Shown: positions 9,219 through 18,080 of the stretch, in pieces
How positions within the stretch are numbered: position 1 is the stretch's first letter
Layout: the number at the start of each line of letters is the position of its first letter
Assembly (NCBI GenBank): GCA_043779265.1
Contig: JAYWEM010000084.1
Coordinates: 1-64,000 of the forward strand
Origin: a bacterium
GTDB lineage: Bacteria; Eisenbacteria; RBG-16-71-46
DNA length: 64,000 nucleotides
Direction of reading: 5' to 3'
Program-made: the position numbers and the translations under genes
The notes under the pieces: generated by a model
Told to the model about the DNA's origin: nothing
The model's database searches: none
What the model saw: only the letters and a program-made list of their open reading frames with translations

Positions 9219-10942
9219 CGCACTGGATTCTCCAAGGTCACCTGTCGCACCCACACGCCGCGGACATCGCGTTCGCGGCCGGCGAGCGAGTGGAAGCGGT
9301 CGAACGTCCCGGCGCGCTGCGGTGCGGCATCGGAGGGCACGGCGCTCACGCCGCCGACTCCACGCAGACGCTCGACCGACGCGGCCGGGATCATGGCGTA
9401 GCGAGGCGCGCGGCCGGGCGTGGGCGCGGGCAGGCGCGCCAGCTCGGCCTCCAGCTCCGAGACGGGTTCGAGGCTGGCGATCACCAGGAAGTGCTCGCGT
9501 CCGCCGCGGCTCGTGACGGTCCAGGCACTCACGTCGCCGCCCATGGTGCCGGGGAGCAGGAGCGTGGTGTCGGCGGGCAGCGGATTCTGCAGCTCGAAGA
9601 GCGGCTGCGGGAAGAGCAGATAGGACTCGCCCCGCTCGTCTTCGTTGAGCAAGTAGACATGCGCCGGACGAGTGGCGCGGAACTCGAGCGCCAGCTGGTC
9701 GCCGGGTCCGACACGATCTCCCGTCGAGAGGCGCGCGCGCTGGCCGTCGTTGCGGCGGACGATCGAGGCTTCGAGGTCGAACGTCGGCAGGGCAGTGGAC
9801 ACCGAGGTGGCCGCGGGAATCGGCGCCGGGGCCTTGGCGGGCTGTCGCAGCACGAGCCAGCCCGCGAACACCATGGCGGCTGCGGCCGCGACGGTGAGCA
9901 GCATGCGCACTGGCGAAGGCTCGACGCGAGGTGGCACGAGCGCCATCTCGAGCGCGGTGCCCATCTCCTCGGCGTTGGCGAAGCGCGCCTCGGGCGAAGC
10001 GGCCATCGCGCACTCGATCGTGGCGATGAGCCCGGCGGGGAGGTCGGGGCGTTCCTCGTGCAGCGAGCGCTTGGCGCCCGCGCTCGATTGCTCGCGCAGT
10101 TCTCCCATCGTCCGCGCGGTGAACGGCGGCCTGCCGGTGAGCGCGCACCACAAAGTGACGCCGAGCGCGTACAGGTCGGAGCGCGTCGTGGCCGATTCGC
10201 CCGAGAGCCGCTCCGGTGCCATGAACATGGGTGTGCCCGAGATGCGGAGCGGGTCATCGTCCTGGAGTGCGCGTCGCTGCCCGAGTCCGAAATCGGTGAG
10301 CACGACACGATGCTCCTCGGTGAGCACGACGTTCGCGGGCTTGATGTCGCGGTGCAGCAGGCCGCCGGCGTGCACGGCCGTGAGTGCGCGCGAGATCGCG
10401 ACGCCGATGCGCACGACCTCGGCGGCGGGGAGCGGTCCCATGCGCTCGATCCGCTGCGCCAGATCCTCGCCACGGAGGAACTCCATCCACAGGCCGATCT
10501 GGCCCGCCTCCTCGCCGATTCCGTACACGCTCACCACCTCGGGGTGCCGGAGCCGAGCGAGCGCGCGAGCCTCCTCGAGGAGGGGATGGTCATTCCCCGC
10601 GAGTCCGGGGCGCATCAGCTTGAGCGCCACCTCGCGCTCGAGCGTGGGATCCCACGCTCGATACACCTCGCCGCTCGCGCCCGCGCCGACCTGTTCGAGC
10701 AGGAGCAGCGAACCCCAGCGTCGAGTCCCGGCTGCGGCCGCCGCCAAGGGCGACTTCGAGCCCGATGGGCTCCGTTGCAGCGCGCGATTGAACTCGACGA
10801 TGCGGGCCACGTCACGAAGCGCATCGATCTGCGAGCGCTCGAGTGTGCTGCCCGGACGTTCGCTCTCGGCCTGCCAATCGACCGCGAGGCCCTCGGACAC
10901 CGAGCTGAGAAGCGTGTCGAGCGGATCGTCAGGTGCGCTCAT
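9215..10942 (-). CDS. Membrane Ser/Thr protein kinase with a DUF4384-like extracytoplasmic domain
   Basis: GAGASG, VALK, HRDIKPAN, DFG and MAPE motifs. One TM helix, then GDQLALEF...HVYLLNED..GESYLLFP. Confidence 0.92.
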   Translation of the reverse strand: MSAPDDPLDTLLSSVSEGLAVDWQAESERPGSTLERSQIDALRDVARIVEFNRALQRSPSGSKSPLAAAAAGTRRWGSLLLLEQVGAGASGEVYRAWDPTLEREVALKLMRPGLAGNDHPLLEEARALARLRHPEVVSVYGIGEEAGQIGLWMEFLRGEDLAQRIERMGPLPAAEVVRIGVAISRALTAVHAGGLLHRDIKPANVVLTEEHRVVLTDFGLGQRRALQDDDPLRISGTPMFMAPERLSGESATTRSDLYALGVTLWCALTGRPPFTARTMGELREQSSAGAKRSLHEERPDLPAGLIATIECAMAASPEARFANAEEMGTALEMALVPPRVEPSPVRMLLTVAAAAAMVFAGWLVLRQPAKAPAPIPAATSVSTALPTFDLEASIVRRNDGQRARLSTGDRVGPGDQLALEFRATRPAHVYLLNEDERGESYLLFPQPLFELQNPLPADTTLLLPGTMGGDVSAWTVTSRGGREHFLVIASLEPVSELEAELARLPAPTPGRAPRYAMIPAASVERLRGVGGVSAVPSDAAPQRAGTFDRFHSLAGRERDVRGVWVRQVTLENPVR

Positions 10943-11564
10943 GTCCCATCTCCTCGGCGAGGCGCCGGAGCGCTCGCTTCACGGCCATCCGTACCGCGTC
11001 CCGGCTCGACCGCTCGGTCATGGCGGCGATCTCACCGTGGTCGTAGTCCAACTCGATGTGCAGGTGCAGCAGTTCGCGGTCTTCGGCGCTGAGTGTCTGC
11101 ATCGCGCGCTCGTAGCGATCGACCACGTCGGACCCGATGGCGTCCTCGAGCGGGGACGGGGAGGGGTCGTGCAGATCCTCGGGAAGGCCGTCGGGCCCGG
11201 GCCGCCGATTCGCGTAGCGCACCTGGTCGCGGATCCGATTGAGCACCGCCTGGCGCACATAGGCCTGGAACCCGCCCGGCCCGCGCACCTCGATGCGATC
11301 GAGTCCCTGCACCGTCCGCATCAGGGTCTCCTGCACGAGGTCGTGTGTGTCGAGCAGTGAGCGGGCGCGCGACGGCAGCCGCCCGCTCGCCCAGCGCTGG
11401 AGGCGGGGGAGGTAGCGTGCCATGAGCGACTCGAGCGCCCGCGCATCGCCGGACTTGGCGCGCTGGAGCAGGTCGGTCGTGATGAGCAGGTCGTCCTCGG
11501 GTGAGCCCGAGGAGGGATCAGCGGGCAACAGGGCACCTCGAAGTGAGTCGGGTTCGAATCCCAC
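10929..11564 (-). CDS. ECF sigma-70 factor (kinase-associated type)
   Basis: GDARALESLMARYLPRL, DTHDLVQET, NRIRD and a region-4 EIAAM...AVRMAVKRALRRL. Start uncertain. Confidence 0.9.
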   Translation of the reverse strand: MGFEPDSLRGALLPADPSSGSPEDDLLITTDLLQRAKSGDARALESLMARYLPRLQRWASGRLPSRARSLLDTHDLVQETLMRTVQGLDRIEVRGPGGFQAYVRQAVLNRIRDQVRYANRRPGPDGLPEDLHDPSPSPLEDAIGSDVVDRYERAMQTLSAEDRELLHLHIELDYDHGEIAAMTERSSRDAVRMAVKRALRRLAEEMGHERT

Positions 11565-11657
11565 TTCTGAGCATACCCGTCCGCTCGACCGCGCGTCGTG
11601 GGGGGTGTGTCGTCGAGTCGCATACCCTACTTACGCCCGAGGCCGGGCAGGCGAACA

Positions 11658-11677
11658 GCCTCCCGCTTGCGGGAGGC
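11658..11677 (-). terminator. Probable intrinsic terminator after the hydrolase gene
   Basis: Perfect inverted repeat GCCTCCCGC-TT-GCGGGAGGC. On the minus strand it has a GCAA loop followed by TGTT. Confidence 0.5.
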
Positions 11678-11699
11678 CCACCGGGCGGCCCCATCGGAA

Positions 11700-12650
11700 T
11701 CACACGGTCCGCGATTTCCTCGCGATGCCCCTGGCCGCCGAGGCCACCTGCTCGATATGCGTGCGGACAAGCCAATGGCCGGACTCGGGGAAGGTCTCGA
11801 GCGTCAGGCGTCCCGCCCGCGCCAGCGGCGCGGCATTCTCGCGCGACGGCGTGATCCGATCGCCTTCGCCGACCATGACGTGGGCGACGAGGCTCGCGGC
11901 CTTCAGGTCCTCGGTCAGGCGTGCGAGGTCGCCCTCCAGCGCCGCCAGGTTCCCGAGGGACGCCTGGATCTGGATGGGCGAGAGAGGGAACGCCCGGGAG
12001 GCCGACCAGCCACCCGGCACCGGCGCGGGATGCCAGGCATCAGCACGAGTCCCGGGCGATGCGAACCGCCCCACCGGGACACCCAGTGCGAGCACGGCCG
12101 CATCGGCGAACCGACCGAGCCCTGAGAGCCCGACCCAGATGCGCGTACTGCCCGTGACGCGTCCGATCGGGGCCACCGCGAGCACCCCCGCGATGCGATC
12201 GGGAGCATCGAGCGCCGTGCGCAGCACCAGAGCACCGCCATAGCTGTGACCGAGCAGATGCGCTCGCTGCACGCCGAGCGCATCGAGCAGTGAGATCACC
12301 GCGCGCGCCTCGCCGCTCAGGTCCAGTCGGCCCGTGATCGAGCGCCGACTGTGGCCGTGCCCGGGCCGATCCGGGACGATCACGCGGAAGTGGCGGGCGA
12401 GTTCGGAGATCAAGGCCTCGGGGAAGTCGGTCGCGTTGCCGTTCGCGCCATGCAGCAGCACGAGCACGTCGCCTCGGCCCGCCTCGGTCACGTGCCGTGT
12501 GCCATCGACGGTCTCGACCATGCGACCGCGCGGCGGGTAGCGGCGTCGGACCGCGGCGTCATAGGCGAGCCCGATGGCGGCGAGTGCGCCGTACACCACT
12601 CCGGCGATGAGCAGGCCGTTCAAGCGGAACCCGGTTGCGCGACGACCCAC
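11700..12650 (-). CDS. Alpha/beta fold hydrolase with an N-terminal membrane anchor
   Basis: LLHGA, DRPGHG, GHSYGG nucleophile elbow, GEGD and SGHW motifs. Confidence 0.88.
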   Translation of the reverse strand: MGRRATGFRLNGLLIAGVVYGALAAIGLAYDAAVRRRYPPRGRMVETVDGTRHVTEAGRGDVLVLLHGANGNATDFPEALISELARHFRVIVPDRPGHGHSRRSITGRLDLSGEARAVISLLDALGVQRAHLLGHSYGGALVLRTALDAPDRIAGVLAVAPIGRVTGSTRIWVGLSGLGRFADAAVLALGVPVGRFASPGTRADAWHPAPVPGGWSASRAFPLSPIQIQASLGNLAALEGDLARLTEDLKAASLVAHVMVGEGDRITPSRENAAPLARAGRLTLETFPESGHWLVRTHIEQVASAARGIARKSRTV

Positions 12651-12699
12651 CGGAGAGTTGCCCGGTGGGTCGCGTGCGATGCCGTCGGCCGAGCGAAGC

Positions 12700-15438
12700 T
12701 CAAGCGTCGCGCGGGTCGATCACGTCCGTCTCGATCCCGTACTCGCGGATCGCCTTGGCCACGACCGCCGCCTTCACCTTGCCGTCCTGCTGCAGCGCAT
12801 GCAGCGTCGCGACGACCATGTGCTCGGCGTCGATCTCGAAGTGACGGCGCAGCGCCTCGCGCGTGTCGCTGCGACCGAACCCATCGGTGCCGAGCGCGAC
12901 GAAACGATTGGGGATCCAGCGCGCCGGCATGTCGTTGACGGACTTCATCCAATCACTGGTCACGATGACCGGACCCTCGGCCCCCTCGAGCGCCTGCGTC
13001 ACGTAGGGCACGCGCGGCTTCTCGGTCGGGTGCAGACGATTCCAGCGCTCCGCACTCAGCGCATCGGTTCGCAGCAGTGAGTGGCTCGTGACGCTCCACA
13101 CATCGGCCGCGACGCCCCACTTCTCGCCGAGCATCTCCTGCGCCCGCAGCGCCTGCAGCAGGATCGGGCCGCTGCCCCAGAGCTGCGCCTTGAGCGCGTG
13201 CTTGCCCTCGGCCACGCGGTAGCGATAGAGCCCCTTCAGGATGCCCGCTTCGACACCCTCCGGGCGCTTGGGCTGCGCGTAGTCCTGATTGTAGAGCGCC
13301 AAGTAGTAGAAGATGTCCTCGTTGTCGACGTACATGCGACGAAGACCATCCTGCACGATCGTCGCGAGCTCGAAGGCGAATGCCGGATCGTACGAGACGC
13401 AGTTCGGCACGGCCGAGGAGAGCAGCAGGCTGTGGCCATCCTCGTGCTGCAGGCCCTCGCCATTGAGCGTCGTGCGACCGGCAGTGGCGCCCAACAGGAA
13501 GCCGCGACCGCGCGCATCGCCGAACGCCCAGATCAGATCCATGGTCCGCTGGAAGCCGAACATCGAGTAGAAGATGTAGAACGGGATCGTCGTCTGGCCG
13601 TGGGTCGAGTAGCTCGTGCCCGCGGCGGTGAACGACGCCATCGAGCCCGACTCGGTGATGCCCTCTTCGAGCAACTGACCGTCGGCCTTCTCGGTGTAGG
13701 ACAGCACCACCTTGGAGTCGACCGGCTCGTAGCGCTGGCCGAATGGAGCGTAGATCCCGATCTCGCGGAACAGCACTTCCAGGCCGAACGTGCGTGCCTC
13801 GTCGGGGATGATCGGCACGACGCGCTTGCCGTAATCGGCGTCTCGCAGCAGGTTGCGGAGCAGCTTGCCGAACACCATCGTGGTCGAGACCAACTGCTTC
13901 TCGCTGGTGCCGCCGTCGAACTCGGTGAACAGCTTGGCGGGCGCCTCGGGCATGGACTTCGTGCGCACCACGCGCTTGGGGATGCTGCCGCCGAGTGCCT
14001 TGCGGCGCTCGAGCAGGTAGCGCACCTCGGGGCTGTCCGCACCCGGATGGAAGAACGGCGCGTGGTCGAGGTCGCGATCGGCGATCGGCAGCTCCAGGCG
14101 ATCGCGGAACGTGCGCAGTTCCTCGAGGTCCAGCTTCTTCTTCTGGTGCGTCATGTTGCGCGCCTCGGAGGCGGAGCCGAGCGTCCAGCCCTTGACGGTC
14201 TTGGCGAGCACCACCGAGGGGCGGCCCTGTGTCGCAGTGGCCGCCGCGTAGGCGGCGTACACCTTGCGGTAGTCGTGGCCGCCGCGGCGCAGGTGCTTGA
14301 TCTGATCGTCGCTCATCGACTCGACCATCTTGACGAGGCTCGGGTCGCGGCCGAACAGGTGCTCTCGGATGTAGGCGCCGGACTCGACGACGTACTTCTG
14401 CCACTCGCCATCGACGGTCTCGTTCATCGCGTCCACCAGGGCGCCGTCGTAGTCGCGCGCCAGCAGTGTGTCCCACTCGCGCGCCCACACGACCTTGATC
14501 ACGTTCCAGCCGGCACCGGTGAACAGCGCCTCCATCTCCTGGATGATCTTGCCGTTGCCGCGCACCGGGCCGTCGAGTCGCTGCAGGTTGCAGTTGATGA
14601 CGAACGTGAGGTTGTCGAGCCCCTCGCGCGCCGCGACCGTGAGTGCGCCCTGCGCCTCGACCTCGTCCATCTCGCCGTCGCCGAGGAAGGCCCACACGCG
14701 CGAACCCGAGGTGTCGGCGATGCCGCGAGCCGAGAGGTAGCGGTTGTAGCGCGCCTGATAGATGGCGTTGATGGGGCCGAGTCCCATCGAGACGGTGGGG
14801 AACTCCCAGAAGTCCGGCATCAGGCGCGGGTGCGGATAGCTCGAGAGCCCGACCCCGCGCGATTCGCGGCGGAAGTTGTCGAGTTGCGCCTCGGTCAGGC
14901 GCCCCTCGAGGAACGCGCGTGAATAGATGCCGGGGGCGGCATGGCCCTGGAAGAAGATCTGGTCGCCCGAGCTGCCATCGTCCTTGCCACGGAAGAAGTG
15001 GTTGAAGCCCACCTCATAGAGGCTGGCAGCCGACGCATAGGTGGAGAGGTGTCCGCCGAGCCCCGCGTCGCGATGATTGGCACGGATCACCATGACCGCC
15101 GCGTTCCAGCGGATGATGCGGCGGATGCGGAGCTCCATCGCCTCGTCGCCCGGGAACTCCGGCTCCTGCTCGGGCGAGATGGTGTTGATGTAGCGCGACT
15201 GCACCAGCCCCGGCAGCCCGACCTGCAACTGACGGGCGCGCTTGAGCACGCGGCGCAGCAGCCAGTCGGCGCGCTCGGGTCCCTGCGACTCGACCACGCC
15301 GTCCAGCGCGTCCAGCCACTCCTGCGTTTCGGTCTCATCGCCGTCCGGGAGGTGACGCTTGAACCCCGCGAGCAGGTTCAGGTGATAGCGCTCGGTCTCT
15401 CGCCGATCGCTCATGGGAGGCGGGTCCTTGAGGCTCAT
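12700..15438 (-). CDS. aceE: Pyruvate dehydrogenase E1, homodimeric type
   Basis: GGHLSTYAS, SSYPHP, FPTVSMGLG, GDGEMDE, DEARTFG and GEGLQH motifs. AAGGA RBS precedes ATG 15438. Confidence 0.96.
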   Translation of the reverse strand: MSLKDPPPMSDRRETERYHLNLLAGFKRHLPDGDETETQEWLDALDGVVESQGPERADWLLRRVLKRARQLQVGLPGLVQSRYINTISPEQEPEFPGDEAMELRIRRIIRWNAAVMVIRANHRDAGLGGHLSTYASAASLYEVGFNHFFRGKDDGSSGDQIFFQGHAAPGIYSRAFLEGRLTEAQLDNFRRESRGVGLSSYPHPRLMPDFWEFPTVSMGLGPINAIYQARYNRYLSARGIADTSGSRVWAFLGDGEMDEVEAQGALTVAAREGLDNLTFVINCNLQRLDGPVRGNGKIIQEMEALFTGAGWNVIKVVWAREWDTLLARDYDGALVDAMNETVDGEWQKYVVESGAYIREHLFGRDPSLVKMVESMSDDQIKHLRRGGHDYRKVYAAYAAATATQGRPSVVLAKTVKGWTLGSASEARNMTHQKKKLDLEELRTFRDRLELPIADRDLDHAPFFHPGADSPEVRYLLERRKALGGSIPKRVVRTKSMPEAPAKLFTEFDGGTSEKQLVSTTMVFGKLLRNLLRDADYGKRVVPIIPDEARTFGLEVLFREIGIYAPFGQRYEPVDSKVVLSYTEKADGQLLEEGITESGSMASFTAAGTSYSTHGQTTIPFYIFYSMFGFQRTMDLIWAFGDARGRGFLLGATAGRTTLNGEGLQHEDGHSLLLSSAVPNCVSYDPAFAFELATIVQDGLRRMYVDNEDIFYYLALYNQDYAQPKRPEGVEAGILKGLYRYRVAEGKHALKAQLWGSGPILLQALRAQEMLGEKWGVAADVWSVTSHSLLRTDALSAERWNRLHPTEKPRVPYVTQALEGAEGPVIVTSDWMKSVNDMPARWIPNRFVALGTDGFGRSDTREALRRHFEIDAEHMVVATLHALQQDGKVKAAVVAKAIREYGIETDVIDPRDA

Positions 15439-15617
15439 TTCGTGGGTGTCCTTTCGAAACGGCCGAAGTCGCGGCCGGAGCTGCGGGCGAAGCCGCCGCG
15501 GGAGGTCGCGCGGCTTGTGCCCGGGCGGGTGCAAGCGGGCCTGATGGCGGTTCCCTGATCGTCCGGCAGGATAGCGCCCGCGCGAGAGCGGGGCCAAACG
15601 CCCGGGGCCCCTTCTGG

Positions 15618-15795
15618 CCGCATCCGTCGCGATTGCTTTGACCTGCGCGTCTCGTCGTGGTGGCCTGTCGTCTCCGTCGACCCCCTTGCTGCTCCCCGGA
15701 GGCCCCGATGCCCGTCTCTTCGCCCGCACACACCGTCGTCCACCCGGCCCGCAAGGGTCCTCGCCCGATGGCCGCTGGGCGCTCGTGGCGGTTGG
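15618..15795 (+). repeat. Diverged, internally deleted copy of the promoter and 5' end of the S9 peptidase gene (partner at about 17847-18080)
   Basis: Both copies share TTGACC-N17-TGGCCT, CCCGGAGGC and the coding start MPVSSPAHTV(V/I)HPARKGPRPM, plus the DNA encoding SPDGRWALV. This copy lacks 58 bp. Confidence 0.88.
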
Positions 15796-15809
15796 TGAGC
15801 TCGCGATGA
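15708..15809 (+). pseudogene. 33-codon remnant ORF of the S9 peptidase N-terminus
   Basis: Translates MPVSSPAHTVVHPARKGPRPMAAGRSWRLVSSR*. Its TGA overlaps the ATG at 15806. Confidence 0.7.
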
Positions 15810-17825
15810 ACGGCGAAGAGCGCACTGGGCGCGGGCTCGGCCGGATCCGACACTGGCTCCTCGCTCTCCGGCGAGCTGGTCGGCCGATCGCGCTGCTCAT
15901 CCTCGGTGTGTTCGGCGCTCAGTTCGCTCAGGCGCAGTCCGTGGCTCCTTTCGAACGAGTGTGGGGGGGGCGATACGGGCCTGCGCGTGTTCAGCGCGTA
16001 CTCCGTGGCGAGCCATGGGATCGTGGGCGACGGACAGGGCGGAGCCTATGTGGCCGCGAGCCTCTATGAGCCCAGCCTCGCGGATTCGCCCTTCGTCACG
16101 CGGATCCTTCGCGTCGATGCCCAGGGAAACCCGCATAGCGGTTGGCCTGCGGGAGGACTCGTGCTCCACCGGAACGAGTCGTACGCCCCCTGGTTCGACC
16201 AACTGATCATCAGGCGCTCCCAGAATGGGAGCCTCTCCGTGAACGGCACGAAGCGCAGACACGGACAAGATCGGCTGGAGGCGATGGTGGTGGAGGATCC
16301 GGCGCCTCGAGTTGCCTGGGCGTCGTTCGATCGGAGACCCACTCAGCGGTTCGATCGCAGATTCGTACCCACGCCGAGTGGCGATTGGTGGTCGCTCACC
16401 TTCGAATTCGACTCGCTCACCGTGCGACTGCGCAGGCCCAACGGCTCACCCGCACCGGGCTGGCCTGCGAGTGGTGTCTGCATCGACCGCGCCAGCCCCT
16501 CCGGAGTCACTCGCGAAGTCACCAGTCATTGGGAACCGCGAGTACTTCCCGACGGACGGATCGGGATCCTCTATGAGAGCCTGGAGTATCCGCCCGGCCC
16601 GAGCGTGAGAAAGCTCCATTTGGTGAGGATCAGCCCATCCGGCGCAGCTATCGAACGCGATTCGTTGCCTCTCACGCCTTGGTTGGGCCGGCTCCGATCA
16701 TGGACCACCGACGAGGTCGGGAGACCACTGCTCACATGGTCCGATATGAACAATCTGCAGGCTACCGGTCTCCAATGGGACGGTGCACGGCGTTGGTCCG
16801 ATGCGCTGTACCCCGACTCGAGCTTCAACCTCTCGCTCGAGGCCTTCGCTGCTCCTGACGGAAACGGCGGGGCCTACATCGCTCACACCACCGAGGCTCC
16901 CTCGGAGTGGCTGTCGCAACTCCGATTGCTCCATCGGCAGGACGACGGCACGCTCGCTGTGGGCATCTATGCGCTCACTCCGATTCCCGGGACCACTCCC
17001 TTCGTAAGCAGTGCCTTCCGAGTCTGGGGGGACGCGCTGGGCCGCGCGGTGCTTTGTCTGCATTGCGATGGAGAGAGCTCATTCGGGGCGCGCGGGGCGC
17101 CCCGGTTGCTGATCGTGGATTCGGACGGTCAGTTCGCCGGCTCCGATCCGGAGGGCACCAAGGTGTTCCCTGTGGGCTTCTACAGCTCGTTCCGTCTTGA
17201 GTCCGATTCCAATGGGGATGTGTTCGCGTCCTGCCTCGAGTTGGATGCAAGTGGCACGGCGAGGCATGTGATCGCGCAGCGCATGCACGCCGACCAACCG
17301 GTGGCGACGCTCGCCTCGCGCGTCTCGGGCGGGCGCGTTCGTGGCGGGGTTGAGCTGACGTGGCAACTGAGCGGCGACGCCGCGACCGTGGCGCTCGTCG
17401 AGCGCAGCGTGGGCGACATGCCGTACGAGGCGTTCGCGTCACTGGCGCCGGATGGCGACGGGCGTGTACGCGTGCTCGACCTCGCTGCGCCGAGCGAGGC
17501 CCGCTTGCGCTACCGACTGTCGGTCGCGGGGCTGGTGCTCGACATCTGGGAGCTGACAGCGCACAGCCCGCCGGGGTTGTCGTTGGCACTCGGGCGCACC
17601 ACTGACGGCGAGGTGGCCGCGCGGATCACGCTCGAGGGCGTTGGCGATGCCCGGCTCGACGTGTTCGACGTGGCGGGACGACTCCAGCGCAGCGAGGACC
17701 TGAGCGACCGAGGCGCCGGCACACATGAGTTGGCGCTCCCCGGAGCCGGCCCGCCCGGGCTGCGGCTCGTGCGGCTGCGAGAGGGCGGAGCGCAGCGGGT
17801 CGTGCGGTACGCGAGCCTGCGCTGA
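15806..17825 (+). CDS. Secreted beta-rich protein with an FlgD-like C-terminal domain, frameshifted at a G8 tract (15963-15970)
   Basis: The signal peptide (..LLILGVFGAQFAQAQ) is in one frame and the body (DGQGGAY, GWPAGG, LDVFDVAGR) in another. Removing one G joins them as VWGGDTGLRV. Confidence 0.72.
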
Positions 17826-17846
17826 ACGGTCGGCGTGGCGTTCCCC

Positions 17847-18080
17847 CGCACCCGTCACGAAGCGGTTGACCGCGGCGCCTGCGCATGGTGGCCTCCGGTG
17901 CCACTTCGCGCTCTACAAGCTCCCGGAGGCTCTAATGCCCGTCTCATCGCCCGCACACACCGTCATCCACCCGGCTCGCAAGGGCCCCCGCCCCATGACC
18001 GCCGAGGATCTCTGGGACCTGCCGCGCGTCGGCTCGCCGCAGCCCTCGCCCGATGGTCGCTGGGCGCTCGTTCCGGTGGC
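17847..18080 (+). repeat. Intact copy of the direct repeat (peptidase promoter and 5' end)
   Basis: See 15618-15795. TTGACC at 17866, TGGCCT at 17889. Confidence 0.85.

Noticed and set aside
9219..10151. Listed 1369-aa ORF suggesting a longer CHAT protein or a kinase-CHAT fusion
   Set aside because: The extension overlaps the kinase in another frame and looks non-coding. An ATGA-coupled start with a signal peptide exists at 9218.
6042..11564. CHAT plus sigma as part of a type III-E CRISPR (Craspase) locus
   Set aside because: There are no cas genes or repeat-spacer array in the window, and the protease appears to be exported.
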